This document shows positions 38,269 to 47,844 of a stretch of 64,000 nt of DNA, piece by piece. Location: positions 746 through 64,745 of the forward strand of contig JBJEPE010000033.1 in the NCBI GenBank assembly GCA_051881075.1, in the 5' to 3' direction. The translations under genes and the position numbers were made by a program. The notes under the pieces were generated by a model that searched no databases, had not been told where the DNA came from, and saw only the letters and a list, made by a program, of their open reading frames with translations. Source of the DNA: Acutalibacteraceae bacterium. Its GTDB lineage: Bacteria > Bacillota > Clostridia > Oscillospirales > Acutalibacteraceae. The first letter of the stretch is position 1; each line of letters starts with the position of its first letter.

Positions 38269-39603
38269 ATGGTAATAAATTACCCACAGAATGTAGAACT
38301 GATATTAAACAGACTAATCTCAAACGGATATCAGGCATACATTGTCGGCGGATGTGTTCGTAACAGTATGCTTGGTTTGCCTGTGCATGATTGGGATATA
38401 ACAACAAACGCCACGCCGCAGAATATAATTGATACTTTTAGTGAATACAATAAGATAACCAGCGGAATTAAGCACGGTACCGTAGCGGTGATAATCGATA
38501 AAATACCATATGAGATAACTACGTTCAGGCATGACGGAGCATATACGGATAATCGTCACCCTGAGGCTGTTGAATTTACAGACCGATTAACTGATGATCT
38601 TTCAAGGAGAGACTTTACCGTTAATGCTATGGCATATTCTCACGCAACCGGTATAATCGATCTTTTCGGTGGGATTGATGATATTAAAGCGCACCGCATA
38701 CGCTGTGTGGGTGATGCAAACAAACGGTTTAACGAGGATGCGCTAAGAATAATGCGTGCATTACGGTTTGCATCTGTACTCAACTTTGATATAGAAAGAA
38801 ATACTGCAAGCGCAATAATAATGAATAGACATTTGCTTAATCATATATCGATAGAAAGAATTAACACCGAATTTTGCGGTATAATTTGTGGTGAAAATCC
38901 TGCAAATATCTTAGATGAATACAGAGAAGTATTCTATGAAATAATCCCTGAGCTTAAACCGTTATATGGCTTTGAACAGCATAATCCACATCATGATAAA
39001 GATGTATGGAAGCATACCATAACCGCCATAAACCTAGTAAATATCGGGATTATCGAACGTTTGTCCATGCTTTTTCACGATATTGGAAAGCCGCTTACCT
39101 TTACACTTGATAACAGCGGCACAGGCCATTTTTATGGCCATGCAGATGTGGGGGAAAGGATGAGTAAGGCGATATTAGGCCGTCTGCGCTTTCCAAATGA
39201 GGTTATAAAAGATGTTGCCGCAATAGTTAAGTATCATGAATCTCTACGACAAGTAAGCGAAATAACGTTAAAGCATATTCTTCAAAAAATAGGTCAGGAT
39301 AGTATGTTCAGGCTCATCAATGTAAACCGTGCTGATATTATGGCGCAATCACAATATCAAAGAACAGAGAAACTGCAAGCCTGTGACGAAAAGGAAGAAT
39401 TACTGAAAAAAATAATACGTGAAAATTCCTGCTTTACATTGAGCAATATGAACATAAACGGAAATGATTTGAAACGCTTGGGTGTAAAAGAAGGTAAGCA
39501 AATAGGCGAATTTTTAAAGATACTGCTTGATAAAGTAATAGAAAATGAACTTGAAAATGACTTCGATATACTTAGTCAATATGTAATCGAAAAACTCATG
39601 TAA
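38269..39603 (+). CDS. cca: CCA-adding tRNA nucleotidyltransferase (PolyA-pol head + HD domain)
   Basis: Motifs are GGCVRN, DWDITT, RRDFTVNA and HDIGK. The start at MVINYPQN has an AAGGA SD. Confidence 0.85.
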   Translation: MVINYPQNVELILNRLISNGYQAYIVGGCVRNSMLGLPVHDWDITTNATPQNIIDTFSEYNKITSGIKHGTVAVIIDKIPYEITTFRHDGAYTDNRHPEAVEFTDRLTDDLSRRDFTVNAMAYSHATGIIDLFGGIDDIKAHRIRCVGDANKRFNEDALRIMRALRFASVLNFDIERNTASAIIMNRHLLNHISIERINTEFCGIICGENPANILDEYREVFYEIIPELKPLYGFEQHNPHHDKDVWKHTITAINLVNIGIIERLSMLFHDIGKPLTFTLDNSGTGHFYGHADVGERMSKAILGRLRFPNEVIKDVAAIVKYHESLRQVSEITLKHILQKIGQDSMFRLINVNRADIMAQSQYQRTEKLQACDEKEELLKKIIRENSCFTLSNMNINGNDLKRLGVKEGKQIGEFLKILLDKVIENELENDFDILSQYVIEKLM

Positions 39604-39899
39604 TCGGCTTAAACAGTGATATTTTTAGATGTAAAGTTTATATGCTTTATATATTAAAACTAACGTTTTTGAGTAACCGTTTTAATCTTTTAGAGATTTT
39701 TTCAGAGTTATAATATGATAAAGTGTTAAAATAGACAAATTATTTTTATTTTAACTGGTGAAAATACCGAAAAATCATGAAATACTTGCATTGCAATCCG
39801 ATTTTATGGTACAATAAATAAAATTATAATATCTTATTGGTATTATCTGTTTTTACTTTTCTATTTCTTAATAGATTTTCAAAAAAGATGGTGATGAAT

Positions 39900-41582
39900 A
39901 TGACCGATTTACCAAATGAATATACAGATACACAGACCGAGAATGAACAGCGGGTAAACTTTGACTCCTTGGGATGCAAGCCGTATCTTGCGGAAAATAC
40001 GGAGCTACAGGGTAGATATACCATAGGCAAGGTAGTTGTTAAGACAAGCGAGAGCGTCCAGTATATCGGCTATGACAATGTTGTAAAAAGTCCTGTAATA
40101 ATCAGAGAATTTTTACCGCTCAAGCTTTGTACCAGAGCCGTAGAGAGTGACGAAGTAATAATATTTGAGGATTCCAAAGAGGATTACAATACATATCTAA
40201 AGGAATTTTTAGATTATTTCCGTACAATAGCCAGACTGCGTGAGATACCCGCTATTATTTCTATCTATGATATTTTTACTGAGAACAATACGGCATATAC
40301 CGTAGAAGATTATGAGGAGCTTATTCCGTTCAACGAGTATTTAAGACGTAGCGGAGGCATACTGGATTGGAGCGTTGCACGTCCTCTGTTCATGCCTCTT
40401 GCATCTGCACTTTCAATGCTTAACAAAAACGGTGTACGGCATTTAGGCGTTTGTCCTGATAACCTTATGGTTTCATCTACCGGTAAAATTAAGCTCAGAG
40501 GTTTTGCCATGCAATCGTCCAGACGTTCAAACTGCAAGTTTGGCGCTGATCTTCATGCAGGATGTTCTGCCCCTGAGCAGTATGGAACTGATATTGAATT
40601 TGACGAGAGAACTGACATATACGGCTTTATTGCCACACTGTTCTATTCACTTACAGGTAAATATCCTGAGCCGGGCAATGTACGCCGCCCTGACAGTAAG
40701 CTTCTCATAAGCTCTTCACTTGCAAAGCGTATACCGCCGCACGTTATTACTGCGCTTGCCCGTGGTTTGCAGGTTACAAAAGAGCGCAGAATACCGGACT
40801 TTGAGAGCCTTCGTGCTCAGCTATCAGCTACGCCTACGGTTAAGAATATTCAGGAAGAAATAACACGTTCAATAGAGATCAAATCCTTATCTGAAGAAAA
40901 TGAGAAGCAAAAGGAGTCTTCAGGCGGAATATCAGGGTTTGCATTGGGGATGATTTCCTGTGTTGTTGTATTGCTTGTTCTGACGGTAGTGGGTATTTTC
41001 TGGCTTTCAAGCAATCCGCTTGACGGTTTATTTGATGTAGCGTCAAATCTTACCAGTGAAGCCTCGCTTCCTGACAGCTCTTCTGATTTGCTTGACGACA
41101 CAGTACATGAATATATCAAGATACCTAACCTGATAAACGTCAAGTTTGAGGATGCCGTCAAGACAGCAGAAAAGGAAGGTAACTACAAAATACTAAGAGC
41201 AAATAAGGATGAGTTCAGCGATGATGTTCCTGAGGGCAGCATCATGGAGCAGAACTTAAAAGAGGGTTCTACACAGGTTAAGGGTGTAGCAATACTTGTA
41301 ACAGTAAGTAAAGGCTCTAAAAAGCGTACATTACCTGACATCAAAAACCAAGATCTCGTTTCTGTATCACGCAAGCTCGGTGAAGAGGGACTTATAGTTC
41401 TTTCTTATGAAGAATACAGCGACAAGATTGCTAAGGGTAAGGTAATAGGATACCAAACATACAAGAAGGGTGATAAGGTGGATTACGGTTCACGAGTTGT
41501 TATACTTGTTAGTAAAGGTCCCAAACCTACTACATCATCGGATGGTTCTTCATTTGAAACCAGCAGTGTAGGTGCAAACTGA
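39900..41582 (+). CDS. Membrane Hanks-type kinase homologue with two extracellular PASTA domains; predicted pseudokinase
   Basis: The kinase-fold landmarks APE (SAPEQ) and DIYGFIATLFYSLTG are kept. The catalytic motifs are replaced: no Gly-rich loop, VAIK becomes VIIRE, HRDxKPxN becomes HLGVCPDN, and DFG becomes GFA. A TM helix (ISGFALGMISCVVVLLVLTVVGIFWL) and two PASTA-like units ending VTVSKG and ILVSKGP follow. The start could be 39888, 39894 or 39900. Confidence 0.7.
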   Translation: MTDLPNEYTDTQTENEQRVNFDSLGCKPYLAENTELQGRYTIGKVVVKTSESVQYIGYDNVVKSPVIIREFLPLKLCTRAVESDEVIIFEDSKEDYNTYLKEFLDYFRTIARLREIPAIISIYDIFTENNTAYTVEDYEELIPFNEYLRRSGGILDWSVARPLFMPLASALSMLNKNGVRHLGVCPDNLMVSSTGKIKLRGFAMQSSRRSNCKFGADLHAGCSAPEQYGTDIEFDERTDIYGFIATLFYSLTGKYPEPGNVRRPDSKLLISSSLAKRIPPHVITALARGLQVTKERRIPDFESLRAQLSATPTVKNIQEEITRSIEIKSLSEENEKQKESSGGISGFALGMISCVVVLLVLTVVGIFWLSSNPLDGLFDVASNLTSEASLPDSSSDLLDDTVHEYIKIPNLINVKFEDAVKTAEKEGNYKILRANKDEFSDDVPEGSIMEQNLKEGSTQVKGVAILVTVSKGSKKRTLPDIKNQDLVSVSRKLGEEGLIVLSYEEYSDKIAKGKVIGYQTYKKGDKVDYGSRVVILVSKGPKPTTSSDGSSFETSSVGAN

Positions 41583-41722
41583 TATTTAACCGAACAATAA
41601 ATTTAAAAGCCGTAAAGCTCCTTTTAGGCGCACTACGGCTTTATAATTTTTAATATAGATTTTTTGCATTTTTCACATAAAAACACCCCGTACACATCGC
41701 ATACGGGGAAAATTGAGAACAA

Positions 41723-42448
41723 TTACTTTTTGTGCTTTTGTGCCGGTGCCTTGCCTGCGTTTTGCAACATTTTATTCTCTGTGCTTTGTATCAGATTATA
41801 CAATGAAGTTGCAAAAAGCGGGAACTGCTTAGAAAGTACCTCAGGTGTGATATTTAATGCCTCGCCTTTGCCCAGACCTTCAAGCTCTCCTTCTGAAATG
41901 CCGTTTGTTATCATTTTTACATTTGATTCATTGGCAAGCTGTAACATTGTAGACAAGGCCTGTTCCTGATATTCAGGTACAGAAAACATACCCTGAGGAT
42001 TTTTCTCATTAGCTGAGTACAAGATGCGGAACATTTTATAAACAGATGTCATTAAATAGCTTGACACCTCTGTTGTAAGACCCTTGTTGTTGGTTCTTTG
42101 CAGAATATCAAATATAATGTTCAAGGAATTTGCTATCAATTTTTTATTAAGGGTAGGTAAAAGGCTTCCTCTGAACGTATTTTCTTTGCCTGCACTATCT
42201 GCATCCGGTATATCACTTACACTTATTGTAGTTCCCGTACGTTCAGGCGCTTTACCCAAGAGGTAATCACATGACACTCCGTAGTAATCGGCAACCTTAA
42301 CTACAAAGTCAAGTCCACATTCCCTTATTCCTTTTTCGTAATGTGAGAGTAGTGCTTGGGATATACCCAAATCACTGGCAACCTGCTTTTGGCTTATGCC
42401 TTTCTCTTTTCTCAATAATGTTATAATTCTTGAAAAATCTGAACTCAT
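41723..42448 (-). CDS. XRE-family HTH transcriptional regulator with helical C-terminal domain
   Basis: LLRKEKGISQKQVASDLGISQALLSHYEKGIRE; 241 aa. Confidence 0.8.
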   Translation of the reverse strand: MSSDFSRIITLLRKEKGISQKQVASDLGISQALLSHYEKGIRECGLDFVVKVADYYGVSCDYLLGKAPERTGTTISVSDIPDADSAGKENTFRGSLLPTLNKKLIANSLNIIFDILQRTNNKGLTTEVSSYLMTSVYKMFRILYSANEKNPQGMFSVPEYQEQALSTMLQLANESNVKMITNGISEGELEGLGKGEALNITPEVLSKQFPLFATSLYNLIQSTENKMLQNAGKAPAQKHKK

Positions 42449-42571
42449 TTATTTTCCCCCACTTTAAAAGTGCTACCTATTTAAAAATTCTACCCTTTAT
42501 TATATAATATCTAAGACGATTTGTAAATAAAACTTTTGCAAACAAAATTTTTTAAGATTGGAGTAATTATT

Positions 42572-43195
42572 ATGAAATCTTACCAAATTCACCTCATAAG
42601 ACACGGCGCAATAGCCGAAAACTTAAAAGGTGCATATATAGGTCAAAGCAATCCGCCGCTGTCACATCAGGGCATTGAAAAATTAAAAGAAATAATGCAG
42701 GAATATGAGTATCCTCAAAATGTTACTCTGTTTACCAGTCCATTAAAGAGATGTGTACAAACCTGCGAGATTTTATATCCAGACCTGACTCCTGCACGTG
42801 TAGACGGATTTATGGAGTGTAATTTCGGAGATTGGGAGGGGAAAACTGCCGTAGAGCTGAAGGATGACCCAAGGTTTGTATCTTGGTTATCCAGTTCTGA
42901 TAATAATCCACCGCCAAACGGTGAAAGCGGCGCAGATTTTACCAGAAGAATATGCAAGACCTTTGAACGTTTTGTAAACGGACTTATAAAGAACGGTATA
43001 ACCGACGCCGCAGTAATATCGCACGGCGGTGTAATAATGACATTACTCGCCGTTTACGGCCTGCCGCAAGCCAAACCGTTTGATTGGAAGATGGATAACG
43101 GATTTGGATTTTCTCTGCGCATAACACCGTCTTTATGGATGCGTGACAGGGTAGCAGAGGTATATTCCTTTACGCCATTAATTAAAAAATCTTAA
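42572..43195 (+). CDS. Histidine phosphatase (phosphoglycerate mutase-like) family protein
   Basis: IHLIRHGA (RHG) and a later SHGG motif. The start at MKSYQ has a TGGAG SD. Confidence 0.8.
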   Translation: MKSYQIHLIRHGAIAENLKGAYIGQSNPPLSHQGIEKLKEIMQEYEYPQNVTLFTSPLKRCVQTCEILYPDLTPARVDGFMECNFGDWEGKTAVELKDDPRFVSWLSSSDNNPPPNGESGADFTRRICKTFERFVNGLIKNGITDAAVISHGGVIMTLLAVYGLPQAKPFDWKMDNGFGFSLRITPSLWMRDRVAEVYSFTPLIKKS

Positions 43196-43310
43196 TTTTT
43201 TATTCTTTTTTCTTTTTTCTATTGACCTTGTGGCGTTCAGGGTATAGAATAACTATATCGACAAATTTCGACAATATATAACAGTTATTTAAAATAAGGT
43301 AGTGATTTTT

Positions 43311-44015
43311 TTGAGTGAACAATACGACATTCACACCCATATTTTACCTCGTATGGATGACGGTCCCAAGACGGTTAAAGAATCCATAGAGATGCTTAGA
43401 CGATTAAAAGAACAGGGTGTAAAAAATGTAATATTCACACCTCATTATTACTCAGACAGCGAGAGTATAGACAGCTTTTTGCAACGTAGAAGTCAATCGT
43501 ACGATCTTATAAAGAACTCTATACCCGACGATATGAATATAAAACTCGGCAGCGAAGTATATGTATCTGATATTCTTTTTAATAGAGATGACCTTACTCC
43601 GCTATGTCTGTCAAACAGACGCTACATTTTGCTGGAGTTTCCGTTTTATTCTTCTTTTCATGAGAAGTCATTGGATGATTTGCAGGCTATAATGTACAAT
43701 TACAATGTAAAGCCGGTGCTTGCGCATATAGAACGCTATAAAAGACTACTTGATAGCATAGGCGCTGTTGAGCGTCTTGTCCGTTTAGGATGTTATCTTC
43801 AGGTGGATATTTCTACATTCAATGATTCTATAGCCATGCGTAAGATATCAAAATTATTTGATAGGCACTTAATAGGTCTTATCGCAACAGATTGTCATAA
43901 TATGACGACTAGGATACCGACCTATAGCTATGGAACGAAATATATTGCAGCTAAATATGGTAGAGGGTACTTAGAAAAGATTATGGATAATGCAAAAGAG
44001 ATATACGGCGATTAA
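43311..44015 (+). CDS. PHP-family protein-tyrosine phosphatase (CpsB/YwqE-like)
   Basis: YDIHTHILPRMDDGP and TPHY motifs. No cognate CpsC/CpsD kinase lies nearby. The start could be TTG at 43311 or GTG at 43302. Confidence 0.75.
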   Translation: MSEQYDIHTHILPRMDDGPKTVKESIEMLRRLKEQGVKNVIFTPHYYSDSESIDSFLQRRSQSYDLIKNSIPDDMNIKLGSEVYVSDILFNRDDLTPLCLSNRRYILLEFPFYSSFHEKSLDDLQAIMYNYNVKPVLAHIERYKRLLDSIGAVERLVRLGCYLQVDISTFNDSIAMRKISKLFDRHLIGLIATDCHNMTTRIPTYSYGTKYIAAKYGRGYLEKIMDNAKEIYGD

Positions 44016-44182
44016 GCTGCATTATTTAGCGTTATATAGGATTATACTTTAAAATTTGTCGATGAATACTGCTACTTTGCAACCGTAAAGCATATAAACT
44101 TTATATTATATATTTTATTTTAGCAACAAAAAACAGTATTTTTATAATTATGATTATTAAAGTATAAAAGGAAATAAAATCC

Positions 44183-45670
44183 ATGAAAACTAAAATTGTC
44201 TTTATAGTTTACTTTATTTTTTTATTCATTACAATTCCTTCCTATAAGTCGTATGCGGCAAGCGTTACATATTCTGAATTGGTGAATAAAGATGTTAAAT
44301 ACATCATTGAAGATAATAATATATTTTGCGTTGTAAGCTTGACAGACGACAGTAAGGCTTTCTGCCTATTGATAAGCGACACCGGAGTAACAAATTACTC
44401 GGTTCAGTACAAAGGTACCTTTAACAGCGCCAATTATTTCAACAATACTATTATAATATCGTCCACCTTTTCTCCCGCTTATGTAAAAACAGATACGGTT
44501 TTAATATGCGCTTATGACGTTACCTGCGGCCGAGATAAAACATACGCATTTGATATAACTGATTGCGAAGATGCAGACCTCATCACGGCTGATAATAAAA
44601 ACAACGGTTATGCTGTATCAACTAAAACTGACTCAAAAACCGTTGACGTTTTTTCGTACGTTACAAACGATTTTTCTAAGCTGGAACCAAATGTAGGGAA
44701 GATTTTTTCACTTTATCAGGACGGTAGTAATATTTATTTTTTAGGAGTCAACGGATTGGCTGTATTTGATACAAATCTTCATAGCTTTATTAATAATATT
44801 CCATGCTCTATTCCGCATAAATTAGCATATGTTTGCGATGAAGTGTTATTGACCGAAAACGGCGATATTTACCTGTTTGAAGATAACACACTCACAAAAG
44901 TTGCAAATTGCTGTTACAGTGGTGGAAGTGCATTCTACAACAATGGAAATCTGTTTTATCTTAATGGAAATTCACTGTATGCGTATAATATATATTCTGA
45001 ATGTGATTATTTGGCTTATGATACAGATGATATCATATTGGATTTTGCCGTATCCGATGAGAAAATAGGCATTCTTAAGCAGACATCAACAGGGGAAATC
45101 AACGTAGACTTTATACGCTTTGATAAATTGAACAAACAGATTTTAGATTTGGTAGATGAATTTCTTGCAGAATCTAGTAGTTCTTATATAGGTTTTTCCC
45201 TTGATCCGGATTCTGAGAGTAAAGATAATGCCGAAACATATGCTCCAGACAATCCACCTATCGAAATTTCCGATATAATTTCAAAAAGCTACACCATAGA
45301 CAGTGTAAATAAGAATATTTACAATTTTTCAGGTGAAATATCGGTCAATAACTTTAAAAGTCTTGCGGATGACAATCTGACCGTTAATATTTATCGAGCA
45401 GATATGTCTGAAAAGACATCCGGTAATTTGGCAACAGGAATGAAAGTGCTTTTTACAACCTCAGACGGTGAAAGCGATGTATATGACGCAGTAGTATACG
45501 GTGATGTGACCGGTGACGGAAATATAAATTCTAACGACTTAGGCACGATATCCGAACAAATATTAGGCGAGCAAACGCTTGACGGAGTATTTTATACTGC
45601 CGGAGATATAGATAACTCAGGTAACATAAGCTGTGCTGATTGGCTTAAGTTTATGCAACTTTATAACTAA
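44183..45670 (+). CDS. Secreted protein with C-terminal type I dockerin; N-terminal domain unassigned
   Basis: The signal peptide is MKTKIVFIVYFIFLFITIPSYKSYA. The dockerin repeats are GDVTGDGNINSNDLGTISEQIL and GDIDNSGNISCADWLKFMQL. The N-terminal region has repeated NIYFLG/GDIYLF/GNLFYLNGNSLYAY beta-strand motifs. Confidence 0.75.
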   Translation: MKTKIVFIVYFIFLFITIPSYKSYAASVTYSELVNKDVKYIIEDNNIFCVVSLTDDSKAFCLLISDTGVTNYSVQYKGTFNSANYFNNTIIISSTFSPAYVKTDTVLICAYDVTCGRDKTYAFDITDCEDADLITADNKNNGYAVSTKTDSKTVDVFSYVTNDFSKLEPNVGKIFSLYQDGSNIYFLGVNGLAVFDTNLHSFINNIPCSIPHKLAYVCDEVLLTENGDIYLFEDNTLTKVANCCYSGGSAFYNNGNLFYLNGNSLYAYNIYSECDYLAYDTDDIILDFAVSDEKIGILKQTSTGEINVDFIRFDKLNKQILDLVDEFLAESSSSYIGFSLDPDSESKDNAETYAPDNPPIEISDIISKSYTIDSVNKNIYNFSGEISVNNFKSLADDNLTVNIYRADMSEKTSGNLATGMKVLFTTSDGESDVYDAVVYGDVTGDGNINSNDLGTISEQILGEQTLDGVFYTAGDIDNSGNISCADWLKFMQLYN

Positions 45671-45688
45671 TTTTAAGGACGGTAATTT

Positions 45689-46597
45689 ATGCCTGATATA
45701 ATGCCTAACCCAAATTCTTTTGTAATCAAAGTATTATGCACGCCTACATCAATAGATAATAATGTAAAGCCGTACTCATCCGTAGAATGGTCACAGCTTG
45801 CAAGCTATCTGCATATTAATGGACTCGATCCGGCTGATTTATTGCTCCTCAACAGTAATGATGAAGCTACAGGATATCTTAAAGAACACATACGTTCCAG
45901 AATAGGCAAACTATTCGGTTTTGAACGCTTACGCATATTGTCCAAGTTAATGTATAACTATCGCAGAGTAGGAATACATATCGTAACACGTGCCGATTGG
46001 CAATATCCGCAAACGCTTAAAACAAATTTGCACGCAGATTGTCCGCCATTGCTTTACTGTATAGGCGATATCCGACTGCTATGCGACAGTCCGTCACTTA
46101 TACTTTCATCAAGGAAAATAGATAAAGCCGCAAAGGATTATGCAACCGACCTTGCCAAGTGCTTGGCACTCGATAATCACACCGTTGCTATAGCAGATAC
46201 AGAGGAAGATGGCATATCAGGTACAGTAATAAATACGGTGATAAATCATGACGGCAAGGTAATTATGTGGGTAAACGGCAATATGTTGTCACATATTAAG
46301 CAGAGCAACATTATCAACGCTATTGAAGGCGGTAAGCTTCTTATAGTTTCTGCCGTTGAGCCTACATCTAATCACACATCACAGAATATAGCCCTAGGAG
46401 ATAAGTGTCTTTACGCTATGAGTGAACGAATAATAGTGATCAAGGTAAATGACGGATTTGGTACCGTATGGCGTAGCCTGACAGATAACTTCAGCGATTA
46501 TTCCGATAAACTTTATTGTGTAAACGATTCTGATTACGCAGGCAATATGCACCTGATAGAAATGGGAGCCAAACCCCTAAACGAATACATATTTTAA
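45689..46597 (+). CDS. Divergent DprA/Smf-like Rossmann-fold protein
   Basis: IHIVTRADWQYPQTLK...CPPLLYCIGD and C-terminal LIEMGAKPL follow the DprA layout. The canonical SGxAxGID, FPxRNR and SGS motifs are not conserved. Confidence 0.5.
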   Translation: MPDIMPNPNSFVIKVLCTPTSIDNNVKPYSSVEWSQLASYLHINGLDPADLLLLNSNDEATGYLKEHIRSRIGKLFGFERLRILSKLMYNYRRVGIHIVTRADWQYPQTLKTNLHADCPPLLYCIGDIRLLCDSPSLILSSRKIDKAAKDYATDLAKCLALDNHTVAIADTEEDGISGTVINTVINHDGKVIMWVNGNMLSHIKQSNIINAIEGGKLLIVSAVEPTSNHTSQNIALGDKCLYAMSERIIVIKVNDGFGTVWRSLTDNFSDYSDKLYCVNDSDYAGNMHLIEMGAKPLNEYIF

Positions 46598-46675
46598 ATA
46601 TAAATGTTTACATTACGCAAACAGAAATCGTTTATCAGCATACATTTATTTATAAGAAAAGGAGAAATTTCGTGT

Positions 46676-47782
46676 ATGAAAAATATAGGCTTGTATATAC
46701 ACGTACCGTTTTGCAACGGAAAATGCCCATATTGCGATTTTTTTTCTATTAATTTAAATTCTGCTGAGGCTGACAGATATACGAATAAGATAATCGAAAA
46801 AATCGAGAATTTATCAAACAATACAGAATGTAAAGCAGATACACTTTATATTGGTGGCGGCACTCCGAGCATACTTGGTACTGAACGAATAGTGAGTATA
46901 ATGGATAGCGCACGGCATTTTTTGACCGGTGAATACGAGGCAACTATAGAGGTAAACCCGACATCACGGGCAGACGTTGACTTTGAACTGCTGCACAGGG
47001 CAGGAATTAACCGTGTATCTATCGGTTTGCAGTCCGCAAACGATAACGAGCTTAAAGTTCTGGGTAGAAAGCACACCGCACAGGATGCCGCAAATACCGT
47101 ACAGCTTGCACGTAAGGCAGGTTTTGAAAATATATCGCTTGACCTTATGCTTGCTGTACCCGGACAGACTTTAAACTCATTAAAACACAGCATCGACTTT
47201 TGCAAAGATTGCAATGTTGAGCATATCTCAGCATATATTCTCAAGATTGAGGACGGTACACCGTATGCTAAGATGAAAGATAGTCTGAATCTATTTGATG
47301 ATGATACACAGGCAGATTTCTATAGTTTTGCCTGTGATTATCTGAGTAAGTGCGGTTACTATCAGTATGAGATATCAAACTTTTGCAAAAAGAATAAATA
47401 CAGCAGACACAATTTAAAGTACTGGAATTGTGAGGAATATATCGGTATAGGAGCCTCTGCACATTCATTCTTTGAGGGTAAACGATTTTATTATCCGCGA
47501 AGCTTTGAGGATTTTTATGCAGACAGGATTATTTACGACGGAGAAGGCGGAGATGAGTACGAATATGTGATGCTTGCTCTCAGGCTTTCAACGGGGATAA
47601 TATTCAGTGATTTTAAATCACGTTTTGGCTATGATTTTCCATTAAAAAAGTGCCTGCCGCTATTTAATGCCTTATCACAAGATGACCTTATCACGCTTGA
47701 TAACAGGTCAGTTCATCTGACGCAAAAGGGCTTTCTGGTTTCAAACTCAATAATCGCAAAAATAACCGATACAGCCTTTTAA
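46676..47782 (+). CDS. hemW: Radical SAM heme chaperone HemW (HemN-like, oxygen-independent coproporphyrinogen oxidase family)
   Basis: LYIHVPFCNGKCPYCDF (CxxxCxxC) and GGGTPS motifs. ATG at 46676 follows AAGGAG. Confidence 0.85.
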   Translation: MKNIGLYIHVPFCNGKCPYCDFFSINLNSAEADRYTNKIIEKIENLSNNTECKADTLYIGGGTPSILGTERIVSIMDSARHFLTGEYEATIEVNPTSRADVDFELLHRAGINRVSIGLQSANDNELKVLGRKHTAQDAANTVQLARKAGFENISLDLMLAVPGQTLNSLKHSIDFCKDCNVEHISAYILKIEDGTPYAKMKDSLNLFDDDTQADFYSFACDYLSKCGYYQYEISNFCKKNKYSRHNLKYWNCEEYIGIGASAHSFFEGKRFYYPRSFEDFYADRIIYDGEGGDEYEYVMLALRLSTGIIFSDFKSRFGYDFPLKKCLPLFNALSQDDLITLDNRSVHLTQKGFLVSNSIIAKITDTAF

Positions 47783-47844
47783 GTCAAGGCTTATAGAATA
47801 CAGAAAGGAAGTCGCCTATTATTGATGCTATAGGCGCAATAAAC

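Noticed and set aside
41664-41969. 101-aa plus-strand ORF overlapping the 3' end of the XRE regulator gene
   Set aside because: It is antisense to a gene with a clear HTH motif. It begins inside the terminator region and has no SD.
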